Made by a program: the position numbers and the translations under genes | The notes under the pieces: generated by a model | What the model was told of the DNA's origin: nothing | Seen by the model: only the letters and a program-made list of their open reading frames with translations | The model's database searches: none | Assembly: GCA_002811645.1 (NCBI GenBank) | Contig: PDIP01000001.1 | Coordinates: 1 to 64,000 of the forward strand | DNA: 64,000 bases | From: Corallochytrium limacisporum Hawaii | Lineage: Eukaryota; Protista; Pluriformea | Direction of reading: 5' to 3' | In this document: piece after piece, positions 20,798 through 30,392 of the stretch | How positions within the stretch are numbered: the stretch's first letter is position 1 | How the letters are laid out: each line of letters begins with the position of its first letter

Positions 20798-22363
20798 ATG
20801 TATTCATTTCGGCTAGTCCGGGATGCGCGCAGAGTGGCCTTACGAGGCTGTTCCACTCCGTACCGGACCTTTACTAGTCGGCATCGTGATAACATTGGTG
20901 GCATCTTTGGCTTCCAAGAGCAATCGTTCGAGATGGACGAGAGGAGCAATCCGTTTCAACCCCAACACGATGAAGACGACATGTGGTTAAAGAACCTTAG
21001 TGAGGCTGAGCGAGCGGAATTAGAAAAGGCACGCGACCTGGCAATTAAAGAAGCAGAGATTGCAGAGGCTCTTGAAAGTAACAGAAAGGACGGATCTGCA
21101 GCACTGCAGGCTGTGCATGCGGATGGAAAGCAAGCCAGTGAGGACGTGCTTGACATTGGCATGAACAATCCCTTAGAAAAGCGAGACCGACGAAGAGATG
21201 TGACCCAAAAGAAGTCACGAAAGGGGATGGTCATCTTCTCTAATGAACACTATGCAGTTCTCAATAAGCCAACAGACTATGCTTTTGATCACCCGTCCCT
21301 ATTGCAGCAGATGCCACCCTCCAAATTTGACCCTGACTTCCGCCCATTCTGCATCACTCCGCAGGACTTCGCCGTCGGAGGTTTGACTTTGTACGCCAGA
21401 ACACAAGAAGCAAAGGACTTTCTTTTGGAAATGCGGCAACAGAAGCGGTTCAGACTTGGCTACGATGCCGTAGTCATGGGACAGATGGACCCTGGTGACA
21501 ATGCGGGTCGGTGCGTGGCACCGCTGGAGTACCGGAAATCGAACGGCCCGAACCGGTCGGCGGTAGCTGATGAATTCAAGGATTATGTCCCCAGTGGGAA
21601 GGTCGGAACTGAGCTTGTGAAGCCAGTCGCACGCCTTGATTTAGTAGGCCTGGGTGCCCGTGAGTACATGGCCAAGAAGGGGAATGCAGTGCCATCGTCA
21701 ACGACCTGGTTCAACGTGGGTGGCGTACATGCGAGTGCCACAGTATTACGCTTAATTCCACATACATTACGGAGGCACCAATTGTACGTACACACTGCCA
21801 TGGAACTTGGGATGCCCATTCTTGGTGACTATGAGATTGGTCCTGGTGTGACTGGTGAGTTGGCCCCACTGTTCGAGAAGGGCTACATCGATACCGGACC
21901 GGAGACCTACGACGGTGCCGACGGTGAGGAGATTGGGTTACAGGTGGATGAAGATGGATACGTGATCAGTGGTGACCACAGAGAGCGTGAGCTGGTGAAC
22001 GAACTGGCCCGCAATGTGGAATCCAGTCAGTATGCAGGCACCCGCACTCCGGTACCGTCCCCGGTGCCGGCTGAATCGGGTCCGACAAAGACTGTCCGTT
22101 TACATCTCTTTTGCCGAACTATCGCCCTGGACGGCATGGATTCGATTAAGAATGATGAAAAGTTGCGTCAGATGTGTATGAAGATGCTACCAAGGTCCGG
22201 AGGCAAGGGCGGTCTCTTGTACCACACGAAACTGCCCAGATTTTTTAAGAAAACGCTACTCCAGCTCGGTCTGCCCTACCCGGCTCCTGACCCTCGGAAT
22301 TACAGCCCGAAATTGAGCGCAGTTCGGAGGATGAGCAAGTCCAGGCCTAGACGCCGCAAGTAG
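20798..22363 (+). CDS. RluA-family pseudouridine synthase-like protein, probably mitochondrial (RPUSD3/4-like), degenerate active site
   Basis: Motif I YAVLNKP, motif II degenerate TPQDFAVGGL, motif III HTLRRHQLYVH..LGMPILGDY, LHLFC; presequence-like N-terminus. First ATG is at 20798. Confidence 0.75.
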   Translation: MYSFRLVRDARRVALRGCSTPYRTFTSRHRDNIGGIFGFQEQSFEMDERSNPFQPQHDEDDMWLKNLSEAERAELEKARDLAIKEAEIAEALESNRKDGSAALQAVHADGKQASEDVLDIGMNNPLEKRDRRRDVTQKKSRKGMVIFSNEHYAVLNKPTDYAFDHPSLLQQMPPSKFDPDFRPFCITPQDFAVGGLTLYARTQEAKDFLLEMRQQKRFRLGYDAVVMGQMDPGDNAGRCVAPLEYRKSNGPNRSAVADEFKDYVPSGKVGTELVKPVARLDLVGLGAREYMAKKGNAVPSSTTWFNVGGVHASATVLRLIPHTLRRHQLYVHTAMELGMPILGDYEIGPGVTGELAPLFEKGYIDTGPETYDGADGEEIGLQVDEDGYVISGDHRERELVNELARNVESSQYAGTRTPVPSPVPAESGPTKTVRLHLFCRTIALDGMDSIKNDEKLRQMCMKMLPRSGGKGGLLYHTKLPRFFKKTLLQLGLPYPAPDPRNYSPKLSAVRRMSKSRPRRRK

Positions 22364-22435
22364 ATGACGTAGTATGTATGACAGTGTATTCCTGTTTATG
22401 AAAAAGGTGACAGATTGAATGCTATAGATTTCTAC

Positions 22436-23719
22436 TTAAGACCAATCACGACGATTTCTCATAAAATCGTCGAGGTACCTGGCCCAGGAACTACGCGGCA
22501 GGCCACGGCTGACGGCCTTCTCATACAGCTCCTGCACGTTAATGTCGTTGACCTCCTCATTCACAGCAAGGGCCTGGAATTTCAGGGTCAGAGCCATGGT
22601 GAAAAAGTGATCACTTTCGAGCTGTTCCCGGATCTGAATCTCCTCCCGAAGGGCGGCAATGGTGTTGCTCAAGGTGTTCTGCGAGTCATCCATCTTGCGC
22701 TCCGCGTCATGCAAAGCTGTTTGAAGAGTTTCGATCTTGCTGAGAAGCGCAGTCTCCTGCTCATTCTCCTCCTCCCAATTCTCTACTTCTTTGAGGCGCT
22801 GCAGGATGTCCGCTCCGCGGTCAAAGTCAAGTTCTTCCTCAATCTCGTAGTCGACAACTTCGACATTGGTCTGCACCGCGACCTCCCGGGCAGGTTGCTT
22901 GTCGTCAGTCTTTGGCGACATAGTCGCCATTAGCAGGCCCGTTCCCTCAATGAAATCTTTGTGTGGGCCTTCAGTGTACTCAACTTCAATCTGGCTCTGA
23001 AGCTCCCCTACTTCCCGGAGACGACGAATGCGGCTGGTTGTGCTGGATGCCATACTAATGCCACTAATGGAGTGACTGCGTACGCGGCTTCGTTGGGGGC
23101 TTATCTCAAAGCTGTAGGTCTGTGTAGGGGTATTGTGTTTCTGAATGTTTTGCAGCTCGGGCTCCTTCTCCTCTTCCACATGGAAAGGACTGGTTTGCAC
23201 GCTTGCTCCAGAGTTTGAGAACGCGTCGCTGTAGTCAGTTACTTCCTCGAGCTCGACATCGCAATCATCGTCACCGAGCAAGCCGGTTGGGGCAAACATT
23301 TCCTTCTTCAAAGACTCCTGTTCCCCTCGGTCGCCATTTAGCTCCTGTAGAGGGAGCTGAACCTGGTGGCCCGGAGTGATCTGCATGACTGTTAGGCTGC
23401 CAGCGATCGATGAACCGGTGGTGGGAATCACATTCTCGTCACCAAAGTCTTCATTGTCAGTTTCTTGAATGCCCGTAGAGGAGGAGATCTCGTCTTCCTC
23501 GTCAATGTCTTCCAGGATCGCACCGTATTCGTATGCAGGGCGTCCGTGACTGTCGAGTTTGGGTTCCATGTCAACCAGACCAAGGATCTCAGCCGGTGAC
23601 TTGAAATTACTCTCAAGGGTACCTGGTCTTGTGACGGCTGTGGCTTGATCCATAGCCTTCTGAGTGGCGGATACAGTCCGCTGCACATTGTTCGTAGTGC
23701 GGTCACCGAGAACAGGCAT
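22436..23719 (-). CDS. Hypothetical acidic/coiled-coil protein
   Basis: 427 aa ATG-initiated ORF with low-complexity acidic N-terminus, coiled coil and compact helical C-terminus; no family recognised. Confidence 0.75.
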   Translation of the reverse strand: MPVLGDRTTNNVQRTVSATQKAMDQATAVTRPGTLESNFKSPAEILGLVDMEPKLDSHGRPAYEYGAILEDIDEEDEISSSTGIQETDNEDFGDENVIPTTGSSIAGSLTVMQITPGHQVQLPLQELNGDRGEQESLKKEMFAPTGLLGDDDCDVELEEVTDYSDAFSNSGASVQTSPFHVEEEKEPELQNIQKHNTPTQTYSFEISPQRSRVRSHSISGISMASSTTSRIRRLREVGELQSQIEVEYTEGPHKDFIEGTGLLMATMSPKTDDKQPAREVAVQTNVEVVDYEIEEELDFDRGADILQRLKEVENWEEENEQETALLSKIETLQTALHDAERKMDDSQNTLSNTIAALREEIQIREQLESDHFFTMALTLKFQALAVNEEVNDINVQELYEKAVSRGLPRSSWARYLDDFMRNRRDWS

Positions 23720-25365
23720 TCTGTGTGTATGTGTGTGTGTATACTTTTTCTTTTTGCTTTTGGACGTAGGCTGTACTTACATAGAAGAAGTTTGACTTGC
23801 GTTCTGGGACGAAGCTGCAACGCGATCGACAGTGATCTGAAGTAGCAAACTCTAACGCTTGCTCTTCCGCAAATGCCAAAGGTGTCGCCTGTGCACAGCC
23901 CAGAGAGCCAATGACCAAGAAACTCTGCTTCTGACCGGGGTCCAGTCGGAAGCACCAGCTAAACAGTCTGCGAAGGAATTCATGCGGTTCGTATCCAGTG
24001 AGGGTTTGCTGAATGTGCCTCTCAGGGTTCATCAGGCCCGGAGTGTTAGGAGCAGGGCCGTGTATACTTACTTGCTAACGACACACGAAAATGCATCCTC
24101 CCAAATCCTTCATTCAGGCACACTCAGACAGTTTTTCCCAGAGCAGAGTGATACGCAAGGCCTGTCAGGTACAGCAGCGACCTTAATTCTCAAAGGTACC
24201 AACCCCGCCGTTGGCGGGTTTCCCTTCCCCCGCTGCGTTCGCACACAGCCCTTCCGACCACCTTCTTTTTCTAACTCTGCCAGAATTTTGTGTTTATGGC
24301 GCCTAAATTCCGTGCTCTGGCGGTTTCCAGGCGCAGTCAAAGGCCGGCGGAGGGGGCGAAGGGGGAAATATTTACGCACCTGCACTGAGAGGGGCGGTGT
24401 GGTCAAGGTTTGCAGTATAGTCATGAAAAAAATATTCATATAAAACTCATAGTCAACACCGAATCTGTTAGCAACCTCAGGTAGAGGAGGTTGGGGAAAG
24501 GGGGAATTTCGGAATGACTTTGGTCCCCAGAGAGTTGGCCATAGGCGGGGTCTCCGGCAAACGGGGTTCTCCATACCCTCCCGCGAAGTCTACCCCGTAT
24601 TTCCCGCCAAGCGCCTGAAATTAAATGTGCCCCTATCTCAATATGTTTAAATGGATTAAAAATATTGATCACTTTGGCACTGGGGTGAGAAGGGGGGTTG
24701 GGCAGCTCTCCTGAAGTCCTCGCCAAGCCTGCGCAGGCCCCTAGCGGGTGGGCCTACAGGCATCACCTCCCGCCTCCGAACAGTACTAAATGTACTTCCA
24801 TACAGGAAAGATGATCTCCAATTGTTGTTGTGATGTACTCCACAACAATTTTTTCTCTCACCTCCCTTTCCTTGTTTTCCTTTTCCCGCGAGTGTGGACT
24901 GCTAGTATACTCAGTATTGCAAGTCTGATCCCAGCTCCAACACATGCCACCGGCCCACTCTTGGGTGCACCCATGAACCACTCCACCACTGCCGCGTCCC
25001 GGATCACAGCTCTTACTCACCTGGTGGTGTGCGATGAGTGTCCTCCCCCGTTCCCCCTGCGTTGCGATCTACGTCAGCGCAGTCGAAATTTTTGTTTTTT
25101 TTTTTCCTTGGGTTGATGACTGTGCAAGGCCCACGCTTATTCATTTACCCCGTGGTCACATTGTAGCATTGGCCTTGTCGTATCTGATAGCGTTTGCTGT
25201 CGTTGTGGGAGCATCCCTCGGCTGACGAAGGCCTAACATTTCTTCAACTAATAGCACAAAGAGAAATGTCTTGCTATCGTAGTGGGAACAGAGTTCATGG
25301 GGGTTGGGACACTTGTTTGCAAGGCCCAGTCGCCCAAGGTGATGGACACCATCAGTCCCGGATAG

Positions 25366-25446
25366 GTACTTCGGAGGTGATGTCAACGCGTCCACTGGCC
25401 AACTGGCACTTTGGCACCATAAAACGAACACGGAGTTCGCCTCTAG
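25366..25446 (+). other. Predicted 5'-UTR intron of transaldolase (81 nt)
   Basis: TAG|GTACTT..CTCTAG|, ending 24 nt before the ATG. Confidence 0.6.
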
Positions 25447-25470
25447 GCTCGACACGAACTAAATACCACC

Positions 25471-26451
25471 ATGAGCAAACTTGATCAGCTGAAAAAATTC
25501 ACCACTGTTGTGGCCGACACTGGTGACTTCAATGCCATTCAGAAGTACCAACCCCAAGATGCGACCACAAACCCTTCTCTGATCTTGCTTGCTGCAAACA
25601 TGCCGGACTATGCCAGCATCATTGACGATGCCATTGAGTACGGAATTAAGAATGGTAAGACTTTGGACGAGCAGGTTGAGGAGGCCATGGACAAGGTTTT
25701 TGTTAACTTTGGTGTGGAGATCCTGAAGATTGTCCCAGGTCGCGTATCGACGGAGGTCGATGCGCGTTTGTCCTTCGACTATGATGCCAGCCTGGAGAAG
25801 GCTCGCAAGTTTATCAAGCTCTACAAGGAGGCCGGCATTGACAAAGAGCGTGTGCTGGTGAAATTGGCAAGCACTTGGGAAGGCATTCAGGTCGGTAAGC
25901 AACTCGAGTCTGAGGGCATTCATGTCAACATGACCTTGCTGTTCTCGCTGGAGCAAGCTATTGCCGCTGCTGAGGCAGGCGCAACTCTGATCTCCCCATT
26001 TGTTGGCCGCATTCTGGACTGGCACAAGGCCAACACTGAGAAGAAGGAGTATACCAAGGATGACGATCCGGGTGTTCTGTCTGTGCGCAGCATTTTTAAT
26101 TACTACAAGAAACACGGCTACAATACCATTGTCATGGGAGCCAGTTTCCGAAACACTAATGAGATTGAGGGCCTGGCGGGCTGTGACTTCTTGACCATCA
26201 GTCCTAAATTGCTCGAGGAGCTGAGCAACGACAACGGAGAACTGGAGAAAGCTCTGGATGTTGAGGACGCCAAAAAGTTCAATGTCTCCAAGATTGACAT
26301 CGACGAAAAGACATTCCGCTTCGGCATCAACGAGAATCCCATGGCGAACGATAAGCTTTCCGATGGCATCCGGAGGTTTGCCGCCGATCAGCGCAAGCTG
26401 GAGAGCATGATCAAGGAGAAGATCCAGGCCAAGACCCAGAACGGTGCTTAG
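25471..26451 (+). CDS. TALDO1: Transaldolase
   Basis: [32 protein letters not shown], catalytic Lys in [31 protein letters not shown]. Confidence 0.98.
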   Translation: MSKLDQLKKFTTVVADTGDFNAIQKYQPQDATTNPSLILLAANMPDYASIIDDAIEYGIKNGKTLDEQVEEAMDKVFVNFGVEILKIVPGRVSTEVDARLSFDYDASLEKARKFIKLYKEAGIDKERVLVKLASTWEGIQVGKQLESEGIHVNMTLLFSLEQAIAAAEAGATLISPFVGRILDWHKANTEKKEYTKDDDPGVLSVRSIFNYYKKHGYNTIVMGASFRNTNEIEGLAGCDFLTISPKLLEELSNDNGELEKALDVEDAKKFNVSKIDIDEKTFRFGINENPMANDKLSDGIRRFAADQRKLESMIKEKIQAKTQNGA

Positions 26452-26604
26452 AATTGTTGAAGTCGCGGACGAGAGTTGAAGAGTTCCCTTGAGACTTTTT
26501 TTTTGTCTTCAGATTTGTCCATCATATATACAAACACAATACAACCACTGCACAGCAATGCAATAACAACCACATGGGTTTTACTTTATATTTCTTGGTT
26601 TGCT

Positions 26605-29307
26605 TCAAACAACAGTGTCAAAAAACTGTTCGTCATCACTGCTGCTTGCACTTGATCCGTCAGCCTCCAGGGCCTGGCGGATGGTGTCCATGGACGGACG
26701 ACGGTCTTCGTCCTCAAGCCAGCACATGGCAATCACATCGCTGTACATGTTTTCGGGGCACAGAACGGGTTTTGACAGACGCTTCTGACTCTCCAGGAAT
26801 TCGAGGACATCGTCGTTGGTGAGACCGTCATACGGGCGAGCACCCAGCGAATACATCTCCCACAGCACCACACCAAAGGACCAAACATCCGACTGGGTGC
26901 TGTAAGCCCGGAAACGAAGAGTCTCGAGGCTGAGCCAGCGGATGGGCAGGCGGGTGGCTGCACCAAGCAACTGGTGCTCAAGCGCTTTGTTGTCTTCGGA
27001 GATGGCCATGCCGAAATCACTAAGGTAAACCCAGGGCTGATAATGGGAATAGGTGTTATCGACAAGGAAGTTGCGAGCAGCAAGGTCACGGTGGACAATG
27101 CCCTGACGGTGGATGTAGGCCACCGCGTCCGCGGCCTGCGCAGCCAGTGCGGTGACCTGCCCGGTTGAGATAGTGGGGGACTTTGTAAGGTAGGATGCGA
27201 GATCGCCACCGTCCATCCATTGCAGGATGATGGATGGTCGGTCGATGTCAATAGTGCATCCAAGCATGGGCACGATATGCTGGTGGCCGAGACAGGCCAG
27301 GATCACCGCTTCATTCCGGAACCGATATAGATCGATGGTGTGAGCTTCAGAGTGGACTAGCTCCGGTTTCGCTAGCTTGATGGCTACCTTTGTGGAACGG
27401 TAGACGCCCTGATGGATCTTGCCAAATGTACCCTCTGTAATCACAGCGCCCATGTGAACCTCAGATTCGTCGATCAAAACACGCGCCAGAGGATCATAGA
27501 TCTCACTATCTGAGTCATCCGAGACGCTGATCATGGAGTACATTGGGGCGGATGCCTTGGCCACCAGATCCCTGAAGGATCCAGCACCCTTCTTCATCTT
27601 CTCTAAGCTCGTAGACCGACGAAGTGCACAGGCAGAGTCGCTGGACGCCTTGGCAATGATAGAGAAGATGGGCTGGTCACTTTTGCTGAGCTTCTTATAT
27701 GCAATGGCAGCACCTATGACGAATATCAAAGCGGTGAAGGCCATCGTGAGGATAAAGATGGTTCCTTTGGCAGACGAACTTGTGTACAATCCCGGTGCAG
27801 AACCAACCGCCATCTCCATTGTATTGGTGGTCATGTCGCTCTTGGCCATAATCTGCAGGGAGAGGTGGTGATCTTTGCTCTTCCTAGGCCATGACATGAG
27901 CTGGTCGATGACCTGGGAACGATGAGCGCTAGTTTGCCGTGGTGCACTGATCTCAATAGTATCGCCATCAGGCAGCAGGTACAGGACGTAGACCTTGGCC
28001 ACTGTGTTGGCAAGACCAGTGTCGGAGTGAACGAAGTGTACCATTAACTCGTGGTCATCCCAGTTGACATCCAGCTTAACATCATGGGCAGGGTTGGGCT
28101 GGCAGATGGGGTAGTGGGCCATGCGTACTACCGCCTCGTAGCCCTGCATCGAGTCCCGCATTTCGTCGCACCACACACCAAAGTCGCCATGCAGGTACAC
28201 GGTGCCGCCGATCTCCTCCAGCTGGCTCAGGCTAGCCACGGTAGTATCTACTCCATCACTATGATCCACAAATACGTCACCAGCAACAATGTGGAGTCCA
28301 CCCGGAAAACGAACCACCCGGGTCATGACATTGCTCGTGTAGAGCAGAGGCCCGTGAATCTCCTGTAGACTAGTGGGTGCAAAGAAATCCTGGAGAACGG
28401 GGTTGTTTTCAACCTCTAGGCTACCCGCGGTGATCAGATGTTGCGCAAGCGCATCCTCCTTGATTCTCCTGAGGGACTGATTGTTAATGATTTGCATAGG
28501 TCCGGAGATCTTTGTTAGCCCCGGAAAGCCGGCCAGAGTTTCAATGCGGTCACAACCATCGATGACCAATCCATCGTCGCCAAGGATTTCAATGTCGTCA
28601 AAATCCGGAAAGACGCGGAGTTGCTCATTCCTCTGGAAGATCAAACCAGTCGTCGCATTTAAATTATTGGATCGGAGATGGCTCAGGCCGAGACCATTCT
28701 GAAGGTTGTCGTTGTCTACAACGACAACCTTCTTTGTATACTCGAAGCTTTCTGTGAAGAATGACAGATGGGCCAACTCGGAATTATCTACAATAGTCAA
28801 GGTATTCCCAACTGTCTGCAATGAGCCAAAGTCCATTTGGCTGGCCATTAGCAATGGATTGCGGTGTAATGTCAGGTCATGTCCCACGCTTTGCAGCACA
28901 GAGGCTTTGAGAGAGTGCAGAGTGTCCATTTTTGCGACATGAAAACTCTCGCCTACGGTACGCAGTCTTGGCAAGGTGATTGTAGTGACTCGCTCCAGCC
29001 AGTCGAATCGCAGGTATCCATCTATCTCTTCAAGGACCGGAAGGTTTATGCTCTGCAAAGAAGGGCACCCGTGAACGGTCAAGTGACCCTCTACCCCACG
29101 GAGAGAAGAGAGCGCGCCTAGATCAACTAGGTCGCAGTTCTCCCCACCAATTGTGATATCACTGTTCACAACCTCGCATCCGGCAAATGCATTCAACTCC
29201 GCCTGGGAAGTGATTATTTCTCTTGATCCGTGACACGTGCCAACCCCTTCTGCAACTCTGATAGAGCCCGCTACCAGGGCTATAATAATGGCTGTGTACT
29301 GTGTCAT
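26605..29307 (-). CDS. Receptor tyrosine kinase with receptor L-domain ectodomain
   Basis: Signal peptide; repeated L-domain units (GCEVVNSDITI, LSSLRGVEGHLTV, LPVLEEIDGYL, LPRLRTVGESF, FGSLQTVGNTLTI); one TM. Kinase has VAIK, HRDLAARN, DFG, LPIRW and SDVWSFGVVLWEMYSLG. Confidence 0.92.
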   Translation of the reverse strand: MTQYTAIIIALVAGSIRVAEGVGTCHGSREIITSQAELNAFAGCEVVNSDITIGGENCDLVDLGALSSLRGVEGHLTVHGCPSLQSINLPVLEEIDGYLRFDWLERVTTITLPRLRTVGESFHVAKMDTLHSLKASVLQSVGHDLTLHRNPLLMASQMDFGSLQTVGNTLTIVDNSELAHLSFFTESFEYTKKVVVVDNDNLQNGLGLSHLRSNNLNATTGLIFQRNEQLRVFPDFDDIEILGDDGLVIDGCDRIETLAGFPGLTKISGPMQIINNQSLRRIKEDALAQHLITAGSLEVENNPVLQDFFAPTSLQEIHGPLLYTSNVMTRVVRFPGGLHIVAGDVFVDHSDGVDTTVASLSQLEEIGGTVYLHGDFGVWCDEMRDSMQGYEAVVRMAHYPICQPNPAHDVKLDVNWDDHELMVHFVHSDTGLANTVAKVYVLYLLPDGDTIEISAPRQTSAHRSQVIDQLMSWPRKSKDHHLSLQIMAKSDMTTNTMEMAVGSAPGLYTSSSAKGTIFILTMAFTALIFVIGAAIAYKKLSKSDQPIFSIIAKASSDSACALRRSTSLEKMKKGAGSFRDLVAKASAPMYSMISVSDDSDSEIYDPLARVLIDESEVHMGAVITEGTFGKIHQGVYRSTKVAIKLAKPELVHSEAHTIDLYRFRNEAVILACLGHQHIVPMLGCTIDIDRPSIILQWMDGGDLASYLTKSPTISTGQVTALAAQAADAVAYIHRQGIVHRDLAARNFLVDNTYSHYQPWVYLSDFGMAISEDNKALEHQLLGAATRLPIRWLSLETLRFRAYSTQSDVWSFGVVLWEMYSLGARPYDGLTNDDVLEFLESQKRLSKPVLCPENMYSDVIAMCWLEDEDRRPSMDTIRQALEADGSSASSSDDEQFFDTVV

Positions 29308-29739
29308 TTTATTCTTTAACTTGCCTTGTTCCTATCTTAATGCATAGGCTATCTGAACGGGCTATTAATTTCACAGCCATGGCTGACAACTGTTTTTTCC
29401 TAGTGATCACTTCTTATACCATACACCGGCGCTATCAACAGATACAGCCATGCATAAACTGTCCAGACATTCTCCATCTTTCGCAGCCACAGTATACCAT
29501 ATCCGTGCACGCATCTAGTGTCCATCCAGTGGCTCACCAATCGTCGGAGAACCAACCCGACCTTCTCTCACAACACACACACACAACAACGGACTTGACT
29601 ATCTACCCTGATTCAGACTAGAGCTGCTACTGCCACACAAGCCTGAGGTAGAGGTGCCCTAGAAGTCCACTATGGCATATGTCCAGGACGAACAACCTCG
29701 TCACTCAAATCGCGTATGTCTCGATTCCCCGTCCTTTGT

Positions 29740-29970
29740 CACCCGCCCCCTCCCCAGGTCCAGGTACGTTCACAATGGGGAAGCCCATGGCAACCAGTTC
29801 GCCTATTGTCGTAGTACTCGAACGGTCACGAACTGGTACATTCATTATCGAATCCTTCTATTGCTTATTTCAACCAATCAGTACCCTCCTCACGGGTTTC
29901 CATTTAATCAATATTTTTCGTCTTGGTGAATCGTTAGTGTCACCAAGGGGGGAGGGGGGGGGGGGAAGGA
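29740..29970. promoter_or_regulatory. Putative bidirectional promoter RTK/RasGEF
   Basis: C-rich tract at about 29742-29755, then G6-A-G12 at 29947-29965, between head-to-head genes. Confidence 0.5.
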
Positions 29971-30392
29971 CTAGCCTTGGGTGCCATACGAACGACGGAA
30001 AACGGAGTGTTCCAGTTTCAATGCTGGGTCGGGTCCCGTAGCGAAGGAAAAAAAGGGAGAAGGGACAAAGAGAGCGGGAGTCAGGGGAGAGCACCATGGG
30101 TCAGACCCGGCTTAGTGTCGGCGCTAACAGCACCAGGGGGAAGGAATGTCCATCCGCCGAGTGTGGAATTCTCTGATATCCTTCTCAGAGCTTTGGCTAT
30201 AAAATTAGAGCTACTCGCCCACTTTTTCCAGCCAGGGTACCACGAATGTTGTATTTAATGTGAGACATAAAGAAAGCGACCTGCTGTCTTGTTCGTGACC
30301 GGTTCCAAGAACGAACAGGTACAAGGGTTCCATTTGAAGATCATGTTATAAGGGTTCAAGTATTTCTGCCGGCAGATTTTAGACGAATAACA

